Shown here: piece after piece, positions 23,913-39,173 of the stretch
Layout: each line of letters opens with the position of its first letter
How positions within the stretch are numbered: the first letter of the stretch is position 1
From: Coniocarpon cinnabarinum
Taxonomy: Eukaryota
Assembly (NCBI GenBank): GCA_051942205.1
Contig: JAVECO010000065.1
Location: forward strand, 1-64,000
Direction: 5' to 3'
DNA length: 64,000 nucleotides
Program-made: the position numbers and the translations under genes
Notes under the pieces: model-generated
The model's database searches: none
Told to the model about the DNA's origin: nothing
The model's input: only the letters and a program-made list of their open reading frames with translations

Positions 23913-25707
23913 GAAATGGGAGATGCATCTGGAAATGGGCGAGATAAATGCTGCGCGTTTCTCTTGCTCTTGTTTATTCGTTGGTTAATAATAAATCGAC
24001 GCTGTTTCGAGGCCATTCAATGAAGAAGAAGATGCAGCAACAATCTTAGGTTTAGAGCTACTCGAGATGGAGAGGGTAGGGATGTGACTGTGCGTGCAAG
24101 ATCATTCGTTGCATGCAATTTGTGTTTTCCGAGAAAAAGAGGGGGCGATTGGATATCCATGTCAGGGCGATGTCCAATGCATGCATGCTGCGATAGGCTG
24201 TGCGATATTTGCCGCAGTGACGACAAAAGCATGCATGCATTTTGGATTTCTATTCCTTCTCAGCAGCGGTGACCAAAAGATGGTCCACATGTTGAGCAGA
24301 ACAAGACCGTGTGTCCAAAGTAAGTCGAGGCGGAGTAAACGCTGTGATGGAGATCCAAGCCATTAATGGCATGAACCCACACGGCTTGTATGCTGTTGAG
24401 ATGACGAAATCACGCATTGGATCACTGTGGCTGACAGAAAGCAGCGTAGGAAGCTTGATCGTGAGACTCTGCAGAGACATCTAAAGAGTTGATTGAGGTC
24501 TATCGTGATGATATTGTAACTGATATGCGTGCGATGGTGACTTAGAGACACTCTCCATGGAGAGGGGAACGACGACGATAAAGATTCGCTAACACTGCGT
24601 TTCCTCTTTGCATGATGTAAAATAAGATCGTGTTGGACGGAAAAATGTGTCAGCATACAAAGGTACACATGCAGGAATCGCGTTCGACAGCAATGTCATA
24701 CGGCTTGCAAGTCTGCCTCTGCGACATGCCGCATCGGGAAGTAGCTACTGGTTTGCGGTCCGTGTCGCAAGGCATCTCGTCACACGTGAGTAGAGTCAAG
24801 GTGGAGAGCCTCTGTACAATAGCGCGAAGCCTTTGAGGAGATTGTGAGATTGTGAAACGCATGCAGCCATGTATAGGGGGAACAGGCTTCTTGATAGACG
24901 AAATCTTGAAATTTAGCGTTCACGACTCACATCTGCACGTAAGAGCTTCACCGACTTGATGTGCCATGAGCAGCATGGTCATAGGGACAAGACGTGACTA
25001 TTTCGCTGTCATGAGGACGTGAAATGTGGTGTGCCGCGTAATCAGTGCCGGTCTCCTGATCCAATAAGCTTTCGTATGCATGACCAGCTTCGAATCAACT
25101 TTCAGCAGGCGACCACGACTCTGAAACCCGAGATAACGGTCCTCCGCAAAGAAGTGGAGCAACATGAACAGCAGGCCAACGTCATTTGCATATGCATATG
25201 CTGTACATTCCTCGGAGTCGGGGATAGATGTTGACTCCGCCCACGGCCAGGAAGAATAAACCCGCCTCGGTGACGAGGTATAATGTTTCGGAAAGAAGCA
25301 TTTTAAGCCGCTCGTTCAAGAATATCCAATCGTCTCGGCGCTATCTCGATCCAGGCTCCTGTGCTCTAAGTCGCACTGCATGAAGGATTTGACAGACTGC
25401 AGATCTCTGCAGGGTGCTCATCCTTGACTCAGTTTCAGAAAATTCAGATCGCCTAGCGTTTAAATTTCACACATGATGGAGATTCTGCGATTTTGATTCA
25501 AGTGAGAGGCGCCAATGAGATCAGGTGGGTATTCGAGCACATGCAAGCAAGCGCATGAGTACTGGTTGGCACTTTCGAGTGGTCAATCTGCAATGATCTA
25601 AACCTCCGAGACGGGAGGAGAGTCGCGCGACTGCTCACCATTGAAAGGATGAGATTCATTATCAATACCGACGGATCGAGTATGACAGGAAATTTGAAAC
25701 GTCCAGT

Positions 25708-26944
25708 TCAAAAGCAAATCCGACACTGGTATTTTTTTGCCAGCATCTTTGGCACAGTCAGTGATTTTTACGCTGCTGTTGCATTTGGAAATGCTTTCCG
25801 TGACACTGCTGACGAATTAGTGCATGAACACAAGTTGGATGAGTTCGGTGAAACAGCTATTGCTGCCCAGGCAGGGAAATGTTGGGAAAGTATCCCACTG
25901 ACTAGCATGTCGAGGCTCACACGGGTCTCAGTACTAACCTTGAAAGCATGTGTGAGCCATGGGTGACTCCAAGGAGTAGTGCTGTCTGGGTTTCTGCTGT
26001 AACGCTGTGGATTGAGCAAAGCACAATCAACCCATTCTTGACAGAGTGCACATTGGCCTCTGATGTCTTGGCCATTGCCGATCCGTGACCACTTTCGCAG
26101 ACTGGCAATGGTTGTGGACGGCAGAAGCGGTATCATGATAGCCGTGGTCTCGGGCTTGCTGAGATCAACGAGGCACGCTCGAACGGGATTTGCGAAGTAT
26201 CTGCGACTGTAGGGACTGATGCCATGGCCATAAATCTTGTCGTACCAATAGCCGCTGGTCTTGAGCTTCCTCCACCGACAACAAAATGCACACCAGCCCT
26301 CACGGTTCACACCAGTGCCACGCACCCACCTCGCCGAGCTTTTAAGTCGGCGTCAGCTAAAGTCTTGAGAGACGAATACGCGGCTCCAGAGCTTACTACA
26401 TGTCAAAGGGACAATCTACTGTGAGCGCGTATGGCGCAGGATATTCAGGATCATGGATTGGAGGCTTTGTCAGAAGCTCAGTGATGTTGAGGTCAGGCTC
26501 AAGATCTTTAAAAGGCGCCAGGATGTCTTTGTCGGAAATGTACTGCTCGCTAAATTCTGCAGAATGTAGGTAGGGAGCAACTGGCCATGTCGAGACCACA
26601 GGGGGACTTTGCAAGTCTATGTCGGAGTTGAAGCTACTCACTTCGTTCACAGATGCCGACGGAAACGGAAAGGCATCAAATGAAGTCGCAAAAGCTTGGA
26701 GGGTATTTGAAACGGACGTGAATTGGTCGAGTCCCGCAATGGCTTCAGAGGCACTGGTTGAAGGTGTTGCATTTGCAATCATACTGCTGGGAGTAGGATG
26801 GCCAAAGTCAGCGAATTCCCTTGGAGACGTTACAGAAAGGGCCTGCAGCGAAGACTGAGAATAACGCATCGTGGCGACCGAAATTGCTGTTGCTGATTCA
26901 TTGCCTGTTCCAGGGTGGGTTCTCCGATCCACGGGTTCTGACAT
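25708..26944 (-). CDS. Rua1/DUF4451-type Cys/His domain protein (putative transcription regulator)
   Basis: An intron at ~26396-26341 gives DMYSARWVRGTGVNREGWCAFC..LKTSGYWYDKIYGHGIS..GQCALCQEWV..WLTHAFK. The last exon and stop are uncertain. Confidence 0.75.
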
Positions 26945-28619
26945 GTTTTTTCTAATGCTGGCTAGGATCTACAGACTATGCCTACTAGTGTTTGGCGAGG
27001 ATTGAAATGAGGACGAACGGCAGCATGCAGTCAGCTCTTTAACTCAGAAATACCCCGTGACGTGCAGAGCAATGTGCGAGTGACCTGTCAGAAGCCGTGA
27101 GCACAAAAACACTGTACTTGACGCTGTAGTCGTCTTTGGCTCATGTACTACTTGAAAGCACGGCGGAGTTAGGGAATCTCTGATATTGTGCGCAGTTGCC
27201 TGCGAAAACAAGAATTTTCCTGTGCACGGGCACCAGCTCCTGGTCGCATGTGGCATCATTGAGCGACGCGATGGAGGACCAGACCTCGCCAATTCACGTC
27301 CATTCTATCACAGGCGCAAGTGAGCTAGACCTAAACTTTGCAGTTTGCATGTCTTGGAACCACGTGTCAACAGAATCAGGCTCTCGGCGAATTAAATTTG
27401 CTAAAAGGGTGATCAAATTGGGGCCCAGCGTCGTTCTGATTCGCTGAGACTGTGTCATTTTTCTCTCATGATTCTTTAGTGAGGCACATGAGAGGTCTTG
27501 CTCCCATGTCATCTGTTGATCTAGACAAAAGTGAGCCGGATCAACACGCATGCACGCATGTCGATCCACCGCCAACCACCAATGACACAACCTTTACGAT
27601 AATTTCATGGCGGTGGTCAGCTGTGCGCCAAGTCAAGTGGGTCGCCGCCTCGAAGCCTTCGCTTAATCGTTGGATCTGAACGATGCAAGGGATACGTGCG
27701 TCTGCAGGGGTTTGAGGACTGTGTAACATCAGGAGCATCATGGACAAGTATGCTCGGGAACAGCTCCACTTGCCCCCATCCCCAGATCGCTGTGCGTGAA
27801 AGTGTCTGAAAGTCATGACTAATTAGAGGCCAGATCATGCAAGCGGATAACCATTTGAGAGCATGTGAGGAGCTTTTATCAAACCTCTCTCCCAGCCCTA
27901 ACCCAAATTGGATACGCAGAAATTTCACTTAGCTGCTTCCGCAGGTGTGTGCAGCAGACGTCAGTAGATCTGGACCTTGTTCATAGAATTGCGTTGCTGG
28001 CCACCTAGAATGCGATGTGCCCGACCGTACGAGAATATTGGCACCAAAGGTCTAGCTTATCGGGGTGGAACATTCTTCGCTTACTCAATGGTAGCCCGGT
28101 TCAGCTTGACCTCCAGACTGTCTGCATGAGCTTGCAGGAGCCAGATGAAATTTACTAGAATCGCAGTTCAATACATGTGTGGTGAATTCGCAACGCTAGG
28201 GTGTGCAACGTGTTGTCATCGTTACACTGACGCATATTCTGATCATGTGATCCTCCCACGGACAGGCACTGGGCAGGGTGGGAACCATAACAACAAGTCC
28301 CTAGCCGACCCGTGTCAACAAACAAATGTCAGCAGTGATGTACGACCTAGGTATAGCATGTCCATGATTTAAAGCCGTCACAGCTCGGGATTTCTTACTA
28401 ACACGCAGGGGTAAGAGGTGGGAATTGCTGAGCTCAGTTGTCATTATCTATCATCTCAACAAGATCGACAAATTCATACGCAACCGCTACATTGCGATTC
28501 CTACAAGTCGCCTGGACGTTATGAGTCGCTTTGAATAGAGATCGCATCGGCTTCGACTTTCTGGCCTTCATTGCAATCCCCAGAGATCTGCCGTGCGCTC
28601 GGTAGACTGTCGCTCTACC

Positions 28620-30450
28620 ATGGCATCCTCCTCGCCTGTGCCAGCGGCTTTCAACAACTTACAAGAAGAGATCGATTATTATAAGAAGCAATATGAACAC
28701 CTGGAATCTGAGCTACAAGATTTCCAAGCTTCGAGCAAAGAGTTGGAAGCGGAGCTAGAAAAAGATATCGAGGCGTCAGAAAAGCGCGAGCGGGGTCTCA
28801 AAGAAAAAGTGGAGTCGCTCACTTATGAGGTCGAAGAGTGGAAGGTTGGTGACTTGATTTAACAAGTGGCGCTTGCATCTGGCACTGACGCTCGAGTACT
28901 AGACCAAATACAAGCAATCGAAGACTGAGGGTAACAACGCGCAGAACAGTCTACAGAGAGAAATCACCCAGCTTCGGGATACGAATAGAACTCAACAGCT
29001 CCGGCTACGCGACATTGAAGTTGCCAACGATGACTATGAACGACAAGCTCGAAACACGACATCTTCACTGGAGGATATGGAGTCCAAATACAATCAAGCC
29101 ATCGAAAGAGGGGTTATGTTAGAAGAAGAGATTAAAACTAGCGAACAAGAGCGTGAAGGTCTACGGATAGAAACACAACGGCTCAAGGATGAACTTTCGG
29201 ACCTGCGGATCGAGTCAGATATTACGCAAGAGAAATTAAGAGCTGCAGAAACCGCGCACGAGAGAAGCTCGAAAAGCATGTCATACTTTAGCGATCCAAA
29301 AGTCGGTGGTATCCAGTCGCCCGGATCAGAAGGTTCTGTTACCTCAGCCTCTTTGGCAAGCGCGATGACTCCTGACCGACCTATCTCAGATCTCTCGACT
29401 GGCAATGGATCTGAAGCAATCACTCCGCCTTCGCCACCCCTGTCTGAACAGTCTGGAAGCAAAAATGAAGCTGAACATGCTGAGGCATCTCAGCAGAACC
29501 TAATGAAACCACCGTCATCACATCGTGAACAACATCGCACTCCAAAGCCTTCAGCAAATGCCATGGCGGCGCGCGCTCTGAGTGTGCGGGAGAAGTCCAG
29601 GACAGGCCCAAGTCGACCGGCGCCAATGTTTGCAAGGCCACGAAATCCCATGCCGAGGTCTGCGCGTCCAAGCATGCTGGGCGTGGAAGGCGGCGTTCCG
29701 AGGTCTGAATCGCTCCATCAGATAAGGGGTCTGATCGGCAAGATGCAGAAATTGGAACAACGGGTACACTCTGCGCGTTCGAAGCTGCCAGCTCCAGCGA
29801 ACACGCCGCCTCGCGCTTCTCCACGAGCAGGGTCTGTGACGCCTTCAGGGCTCTCGAATGAAGTACCGTCAAATGTCACCGTCCGAAGCAGTAGGAAGCG
29901 GGCAAGCGGCAGCACCAATGCATCAGGAATCGGATCGCAGAAACAAGGAGACGAGAGCGCCAGGCGTTTGACGCACAGACAAAGCCGGATATCACTAAGT
30001 AGGCCTTCCTCAGCCGCTGCTGATCATCCGAACCGGGCACCCAGCCGCAATAGCCACGTGTCTCAAGGCATGTTCGCCCGACCAGGAAGTCGAGTGGAAG
30101 CATACGGGCGACCGCCATCAGCGGCAGAAGAAAGAAGACCGCGGTCTTCTCTGTCTGGTCGGGGAACTCCCCTCTATGGCCATCGACAATCCCTGAGTAT
30201 GTCCCATGATGTGGAGAAGGATGAAGACAGCTTCGTCACGCCAACACCACGACGAACGACGATGGACAAGGGGCTGTCTGCAATACCCGCTCCAGCAAGC
30301 ATGGCGCGGCGGCAGAGTAACCAGGCCCTGGTCAATGGGACCACCCCTGGACGGCGGAAGAGCACCAGGCAAGCGCCCGGCGGTGCGCCACCGGGTATCG
30401 GCAGACCCAGCATCGGCGGGAAGAACACAGATCTGGGGGAGACCTTTTGA
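28620..30450 (+). CDS. nudE: Nuclear distribution protein NudE
   Basis: [19 protein letters not shown] coiled coil, [16 protein letters not shown] and [19 protein letters not shown]. Intron at ~28845-28902. Confidence 0.95.
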
Positions 30451-32066
30451 AGGCTCTCCGCGGCAGTGGATATTGGGGCAGGATGAGTAAACGATTGTGA
30501 ATGAGCGACGAGGAATGCTTACGAGGCAATGCGGACGCGAGCTATTTCTATGACACAGGATTTCGACAAATGCGAGTAACAGAATCAAGCCGAAACAGCC
30601 CTTCAGGCGTGCACATCTGCCCGGTGATTCTGTGTCGGGCTTTTATAACGGTCTTTAGCCTTTGCTCGCCACCTAATGCTATACCCTCCCTCATGATATA
30701 AATGCGAACCAGTGACTGAGCAGCGTTCAGGCAGTGAAAGAAGTCGACGGTCTGCAGTAAGCTGTGATGACTGCTACACGTGAACCACCAGCGGCGAATT
30801 GAGGGCGCTGGCACGGAGCAGTCGGTACATTGTACGTCGGTGATTGTCGCGTGGCCAGCCGATACTCCGTATTGACAATTTACGTGTTAAGCAACGGACC
30901 GAGTGTGGGGCGCCGACTTAACCCTAAACTGAGCCTGCGCACGGGCCTCTTGGGAAAAGATTTCCCACGTCATTCTGTTGAATGCCAGCTTTTCTCAACA
31001 CCCCGTAAGCTTCAGCCGGCGCTGGCAGAGTTCTCGATTGCAACAATCCCTCGGCTTCTACTCTGATGCGCCAGCCGCGGCCACGAACCCAGGAGTCAGG
31101 GCATTCCATTTCGATGCAGCAGGGCGGGATCTGTGATGGCGCGAGACCAGGATGTTGCTGCATCTGCGGACAAGCTTCCCGCTAGACTTTTCCGCCCGAC
31201 AGATGAGCTTCGTCCAACGTCCAATTTTGCGAACTGCGCGCAATCTCGCGCAACCTGCGTCTACCGACCCGTGTAAATGCACCACGGCCTGCTAGACTGT
31301 CCTCGTGGCCCAATGGCGCATTGGGGTTGCGCGCAGTATACACGGAACAGGGTGCGAAGTGGCGTGGACGGGAGCCAAGTGCGAGTCCGCGAAGAGCGCA
31401 GCGCGGCGGGAGGGCAGCGAGATTTATATAGTGTGACCGAGAGGATGGCTGGAAATAGGCCATGTCGACAGAGCTGAGCCAAGGCGAGGAGTCGAGTGGC
31501 CCGAGAACTGGAGCATGTTGAGGCGGGCGTGGTGCATCTGGGTGACTGACTGCTCCGCGTCGCTCCGTCCAGCACCTCGATTGATGCCAACGGCCTGGTC
31601 ACCATCGGCAAAGTCCCCACCGTGGCTTCATATATAGATGAGGTCTGCCTCGCTGTTTCCCCAGAGAGTCTCGAGAGATTTCCTTGCTCTTGACGCCGTC
31701 TCGGCAGTGTACATCCATCCGTTTCCCTCTCGTGCATCTCTGCCTCGCTCCCGAACCCTCCTCTCCCGCATCTTACTCGTTCGGGGACTTTTCAAATATT
31801 CCCGCTGTCGGGGGTTCAGTTGTGCTTTATTTTCAACTATAATCCGACTTCAGAGCTCGATCAAGTCATTTGACCGTCCTCTGCGTCTTCTCCTCAACGC
31901 ATGTAACAAGGCCCTATCCTTTGTTGTCGAGCGGAGGTCGCCCACCAACTCCGGGCCGGAACCCGCTCCACTTTCCATTACTTTGGCGTTGCGGCCGCGC
32001 CTTCCTCCCACTCTTCCCTCTCCATCTCCCAGCAGCGGGCCTGCAAGCTTTTGCTGATTTGGAACC

Positions 32067-35000
32067 ATGGCGACCACCAACGGGGCTTCACTGCCTGTGC
32101 GGACAAACGGCGTCAGTGGAGCGAACGGCATGGCTAACGGCCACGGGAGCTCCTACGCTGCAAAGCACGACCTCGCACCGCATTTCATTGGCGGCAATCA
32201 CCTCGGCGCTGCTCCTCCGAGCAAAGTGAAAGACTTTGTACAGGCGCACGACGGGCACACAGTCATCACAAATGTGCGTTCAACAGCACACTTTGCATCG
32301 TGTATGCAGAAGCTAATATTTGGGGCCAACAGGTTTTAATAGCAAACAATGGCATTGCAGCAGTCAAATTCATTCGATCGGTGCGAAAATGGGCCTACGA
32401 AACGTTCTCGGACGAGCGAGCCGTTCAGATCACCGTCATGGCCACTCCGGAAGACCTCCAGGCGAATGCCGACTATATTCGGATGGCAGACCAATACGTT
32501 GAAGTACGTCCGAGCGCAATCTACGAGACAAGGGTCACAGTAGGAGATTTGGTGAGCTGACACTCCTATGATAGGTACCCGGAGGCACGAACAACAACAA
32601 TTACGCCAACGTCGAGCTCATTGTAGATGTCGCAGAACGTATGAATGTTCATGCGGTGTGGGCTGGGTGGTGCGCAACCATGAAAACTCGATACCTTTGC
32701 TGTGGTGCTAATGACAGTTCCTAGGGGCCATGCTTCTGAAAACCCCAAATTGCCCGAATCTCTAGCCGCATCTCCTCACAAGATCGTCTTCATTGGACCA
32801 CCAGGCTCTGCAATGCGATCACTTGGTGACAAGATTTCCTCCACAATCGTTGCCCAGCACGCCAAGGTCCCTTGTATTCCATGGTCTGGCGAAGGCGTTG
32901 ATCAAGTCCAAGTCGACGACCATGGCATTGTCACAGTTGATGACAAGGTCTACGACAAAGGCTGCACACACTCTCCCGAAGAAGGTCTGGCGATGGCGAA
33001 GAAGATTGGGTTCCCAGTCATGGTCAAGGCATCTGAGGGTGGCGGTGGTAAGGGTATCCGAAAAGTTGACAGCGAAGAGAACTTCATCACCTTATATAAA
33101 GCTGCCGCAAGTGAAATCCCAGGATCGCCCATCTTCATCATGAAACTCGCCGGTAATGCACGACATCTGGAAGTGCAGCTGCTGGCTGACCAGTACGGCC
33201 AAAACATCTCACTTTTTGGCAGAGACTGCTCTGTCCAGCGAAGACATCAGAAAATCATTGAAGAGGCTCCTGTTACCATCGCGAACCAAGACACCTTTCA
33301 GCACATGGAACAGGCCGCTGTGTCCCTTGGTCAACTTGTCGGATACGTGTCAGCTGGCACAGTGGAGTATCTTTATTCACACGCCGACGACAAGTTCTAT
33401 TTTCTGGAGCTGAACCCCCGTCTGCAAGTCGAACACCCTACAACAGAAATGGTCACTGGGGTCAACTTACCGGCAGCCCAGCTCCAAGTTGCAATGGGTC
33501 TTCCGTTGCACCGCATTCGAGACATCAGATTGTTGTATGGTGCTGATCCTAGCCTGACCAGCAGCATCGACTTTGGCTTCTCCTCAGAAGGCAGTAAAAC
33601 CTCGCAGAGGAGGCCAAAGCCGAAGGGCCATACCACAGCTTGTCGTATTACATCCGAAGATCCTGGTGAAGGCTTTAAACCGTCTAGTGGTACCATGCAC
33701 GAGCTCAACTTCCGAAGTAGCTCAAATGTGTGGGGATACTTCTCGGTGGGTACCGCCGGTGGCATTCACAGCTTCTCCGACTCACAATTCGGTCACGTGT
33801 TCGCGTATGGCGAGAATCGATCAGCGTCACGAAAACACATGGTAGTGGCATTGAAGGAGCTCAATATTCGCGGAGATTTCCGAACTACTGTCGAATATCT
33901 CATCAAGCTCCTTGAGACTCCTGCTTTCGAAGATAACACAATCACAACGGGCTGGTTGGATGAGCTGATCTCCAAGAAGCTCACTGCCGAGCGACCTGAC
34001 CCCATGGTTGCTGTGATCTGCGGCGCTGTGACGAGAGCACATGTTGCGAGCGACCTCTGTCAGAACGAATATCGAACCAGCCTTGAGAAGGGTCAAGTTC
34101 CGTCCAAGGACACGCTGAAGACCGTCTTCCCGATCGATTTCATCTACGAAGGTCACCGATACAAATTCACCGCCACTCGTTCCAGTGTCGACAGCTACAC
34201 TTTGTTCATCAATGGCTCACGGTGCGCTGTTGGTGTGCGTGCGCTTAGCGACGGAGGTCTTCTTGTCCTTCTTGGAGGCAAGAGTCACAGCATCTACTGG
34301 AAAGAAGAGGTTGGCGCGACCAGGTTGAGTGTGGACAGCAAGACCTGCTTGCTTGAGCAAGAGAACGATCCCACTCAACTACGCACTCCTAGCCCAGGTA
34401 AACTCGTCAAGTTCACGGTCGAGAACGGCGACCACATCAAGAAGAACCAACCCTTCGCTGAAGTCGAGGTCATGAAGATGTACATGCCCCTGCTCGCGCA
34501 GGAAGATGGTATAGTGAGCTTGATTAAGCAACCTGGTGCTACTCTGGAGGCGGGCGACATTCTTGGAATCCTCGCTCTCGATGACCCAAGCAAGGTCAAG
34601 TCTGCTCAGCCATTCCTTGGGCAGATCCCTGAATTTGGCACACCTACAATCATGGGCACGAAGCCCCCTCAGCGGTTTCAGCTCCTTGTCGGCATTCTTC
34701 GCAATATCTTGCTCGGCTACGACAACCAAGTGGTTATGCAATCCACTCTCAAGGAGTTAGTTGAAGTGCTCCGCAACCAAGCCTTGCCGTACGGCGAGTG
34801 GTCTGCTCAGGCCTCTGCTCTACACGCTCGCATGCCACAGAAGCTGGACTCTGCGCTTGAACAAATCGTGGAGAGAGCTCAGAGCCGTAACGCCGAATTC
34901 CCCGCAAAGTCACTAATGAAGACCTTCAATCGCTTCCTAGAAGAAAATATCGATGCCTCCGATGCTGACCTCTTGAGAGCATCTCTTGCGCCCTTGATGG

Positions 35001-38000
35001 AAGTTATGACAAGATACACTGATGGCCTCAAAGCACACGAGTACCAGGTCTTTACTAATCTCCTGGACCAGTACGCGACCGTCGAACAACAGTTCTCCTC
35101 TCGCAACCTCCGCGATGAAGACGTGATTCTTCAGCTGCGTGATGCACACAAGGATGACCTGTCCTCTGTGATCCAGAATGTCCTTTCACACAGTCGTGTT
35201 TCTGGCAAGAATAACCTGATTGTCTCCATCCTCGATGTCTACAAGCCGAACACACCTGGCAACGCCAACGTCGCCAAGTTCTTCAGACCAGTCCTTAGGA
35301 AATTGACTGAGCTTGAAGGCCGAGCAACAGCTAAGGTCGCTCTTAAGGCTAGGGAGTTCCTGATCCAATGCGCGATGCCTTCTCTCGAGGAGAGATCGTC
35401 GCAAATGGAGCACATTTTGAAGTCCTCAGTCATGGAGTCAAGGTACGGTGACAGCTTGGAGCACAGGTCACCTGATCTCGACACTCTCAAGGATGTCGTC
35501 GATTCGCGATATACAGTGTTCGACGTGCTTCCGACCTTCTTCGGTCATCAGGACCCTTGGGTCTCTCTTGCTGCGCTCGAGGTCTACATTCGACGGGCAT
35601 ATCGAGCATACTCATTACAAGACTTGAACTACCACACCGATGTGGACCAGCCATTCATCCTGTCTTGGGATTTCATTCTCCGCAAGGTTGGCGGCTCTGA
35701 ATTGGGCCTGCCGGTGGAAATCTCTCATCCTGCGACACCTGCCTCTCCCGGTCTTGCTACTGGCGACAGCCCTTTCAAGCGGATCTACTCGATTAGCGAC
35801 ATGTCTTATCTCACACGGAGAACCGAATCGGAACCCACTCGCAAGGGTGTGATCATTCCTGTGCAGTTCCTTGACGAGGCCGATGAGTCCATTGCTCGTG
35901 CATTGGACATATTCCCAATGGGCGGCACATCTAGCAAGAAAGGCTCCAGCGCTGAGCTGCTATCGGCGTTGTCGGCATCACGGCGACCGGCTGGACCCAA
36001 GCCAGAGTCCACGGACGACTTGACTGGCGTCTTCAACATCGCAGTGCGCGATGCTGAGAGCTTCGATGATGCGGAAGTCTTGAAGCGCGTTGCACCCATC
36101 ATCAACGACAACAAGGACGAGATGCTTGCTCGCAAGGTTCGACGACTAACATTCATCTGCGGTCACAAGGATGGCTCCTACCCAGGATACTTCACTTTCC
36201 GCGGACCCACGTATGAAGAAGACACCAGCATCCGACACATTGAGCCTGCGCTGGCCTTCCAGCTCGAGCTTGGGCGCCTGAACAAGTTCAACATCAAGCC
36301 CGTCTTCACGGAGAATCGAAATATCCATGTCTACGAAGCGGTTGGCAAGGGTGCAGAAAACGACAAACGCTATTTCACTCGCGCCGTCGTACGTCCAGGA
36401 AAACTGCGAGAAGACATTCCCAGCGCTGAATACATGGTTTCCGAGGCTGACCGACTGATGAATGATATCCTGGATGCTATGGAAATCATTGGCAACAATA
36501 ACTCCGACATGAATCACATCTTCATCAACTTCTCCCTGGTATTTCCCTTGGTACCAAAGGACGTCGAGGAAGCACTTGCAGGCTTCTTGGACCGTTTTGG
36601 GCGACGAGCATGGAGACTCCGCGTCACGGGCGCTGAAATTCGCATCCTGTGCACTGATCCCAACACCGGCGAGCCTTACCCGCTGCGTGTCTTCATCAAC
36701 AACACCGCCGGCTACATCATCGATGTCGAGCTGTACGAAGAGCGCAAGTCGGATCGTGGTGGCGAATGGGTCTTCCACAGCATTGGTGGCAACACGAAGA
36801 TGGGCTCGATGCATTTGAGACCTGTGTCTACACCATACCCGACAAAGGGTGCCCTCCAGCCCAAGCGACACAAGGCGCATATTATGGGCACCCAATATGT
36901 CTACGATTTCCCACAACTTTTCAAGCAAGCCATCGACAACAGCTGGACTCAAGTTGTTGCCAACCACCCTCACCTTAAGGAGAAGCAACCGCAGCAGGGT
37001 GACACGATGGAGTACCGCGAGCTCATCCTTGATGACAATGACAACATCATCGAGGTCGCGCGTGAGCCCGGTACAAACAACATAGGTATGGTTGGCTGGA
37101 TTGTCACTGCAAAGACCCCAGAATATCCACGTGGCCGCCGCTTCATCATTATTGCCAACGATATCACCTTCAAAATTGGATCATTTGGCCCAACGGAAGA
37201 CAAGTTCTTCCACAAATGCTCTGAATTGGCAAGAAAGCTTGGCATTCCCAGAATCTATCTGTCTGCCAACTCTGGTGCGCGTATCGGCATGGCTGAGGAA
37301 TTGATCCCTCACTTCAAATCCGCCTGGAACGACCCGTCACGCCCTGAGAAGGGCTTCAAGTACCTCTACATGACCCCAGAGGCCAAGGCGCGATTTGAAG
37401 ATGGCAAGAAGCGTGGCGTCATCACTGAACAAGTCACCGAAGACGGCGAAGTGAGACACAAGATTGTCACGATCATCGGCGCCGAGGACGGGTTGGGTGT
37501 TGAATGTCTAAAGGGTTCCGGCCTTATTGCAGGTGAGACCTCGCGAGCATACGATGATATCTTCACAGTCACGCTCGTGACGTGTCGATCAGTTGGTAAG
37601 TTCTTCAATCGTATTCGTCGCATCTGCACAGTTATTGACAGATATTCTAGGTATTGGCGCCTACCTCGTTCGTCTCGGACACCGCACGGTTCAAATCGAA
37701 GGGCAGCCCATCATCTTGACGGGTGCGCCCGCCATCAACAAGCTGCTTGGCCGCGAGGTCTACACGTCGAATCTGCAACTCGGGGGCACACAAATCATGT
37801 ACAAGAATGGTGTCTCGCACATGACCGCTGGCGACGACTACGAGGGTGTCACCAAGATCGTCAAATGGATGTCCTTTGTCCCTGACCGCAAGGGCAATCC
37901 TGTGCCCATCTCTCCCTCCACCGACTCATGGGATCGTGACATCGTTTACACGCCTCCACAGAAGCAGCCTTACGACGTCCGATGGCTGATTGCCGGCAAG

Positions 38001-39173
38001 GAAGCTGACGATGGTAGCGGTACCTTCCAGCCGGGCTTCTTCGATAAAGGCTCCTTCGAAGAGACGCTTGGTGGCTGGGCCCGAACCGTCGTCACTGGCC
38101 GTGCTCGTCTGGGCGGTATTCCTGTCGGCGTCATTGGGGTCGAGACACGCACTGTGGAGAACATCACCCCAGCTGACCCAGCGAACCCTGATTCCACCGA
38201 GCAGATCACTTCCGAAGCCGGTGGCGTGTGGTACCCCAACTCGGCCTTCAAGACTGCACAGGCCATCCGCGACTTCAACAATGGCGAGCAGTTGCCCCTG
38301 GTGATTCTTGCCAACTGGCGCGGATTCTCAGGTGGTCAGCGCGACATGTACAATGAGGTCCTGAAATACGGTTCCTACATCGTCGACGCCCTCGTGGCGT
38401 ACCAACAGCCAGTGTTCGTGTACATTCCGCCGTTTGGCGAACTGCGCGGTGGCTCCTGGGTCGTGGTTGATCCCACCATCAATGCCAAGTACATGGAAAT
38501 GTACGCAGACGAAGACTCCCGCGGTGGTGTGCTGGAGCCTGAGGGTATCATCGGAATCAAATACCGCAAAGAACGCCAACTGGAAACCATGGCTCGTCTC
38601 GACGCAGCTTACGGCTCAATGAAGCGCATGCTCAACGACCCGAAGACGAGCCGTGAGGAGATGGACGACCTCAAGCAGAAGATGACCGACCGTGAGAAGC
38701 TTCTACTGCCCGTGTACAGCCAGATTGCGCACCAATTCGCCGACCTGCACGATCGTGCCGGCCGCATGGAGGCCAAGGGCACCATCCGACAGAGTTTGCA
38801 GTGGCCCAAGGCCCGGCGCTTCTTCTACTGGCGCCTCCGTCGCCGTCTCAATGAGGAATATATCCTGCGTCGTATGGCTGCTGCGTCTGCTAAAGAAATG
38901 ACGAGCCGTGCCCAGGACATGGAGCGCCTCAAGGCATGGTCCGGCATTGCTAATTTCGAGAAAGACGACATGAGCGTCGCTATGTGGTATGAAGAGAACC
39001 GCAAAGAGGTGCACGCCAAGGTCGAGGCGATGCGACGGGAGGGCGTGGCCTTCGATGTGGCCGAGTTGATTCGACGCGACAAGGAGGGTGGCTTGCGGGG
39101 TGTGAGTCAGGTCTTGGGCATGTTGCCCGTCGAGGAGAAGGAGAGCGTGTTGCGGGCTTTGGCTAAAGCGTGA
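32067..39173 (+). CDS. ACC1: Acetyl-CoA carboxylase
   Basis: [35 protein letters not shown], biotinyl [14 protein letters not shown] and [13 protein letters not shown]. Three 5' introns (32.27-32.72 kb) and one at ~37596-37650. Confidence 0.98.

Noticed and set aside
24100..24245. Cluster of TGCATGCA palindromes
   Set aside because: Short simple motif that also occurs at ~44155 and ~60445; no further structure.
26341..26400. TAG TAA between two ORFs of the DUF4451-like gene, considered as a possible editing site
   Set aside because: It is the TA|GTAAGC splice donor; splicing restores Tyr.
36146..36988. Long antisense ORFs over ACC1 (also over atg17 and sconB)
   Set aside because: Shadow ORFs from codon bias of the sense genes.
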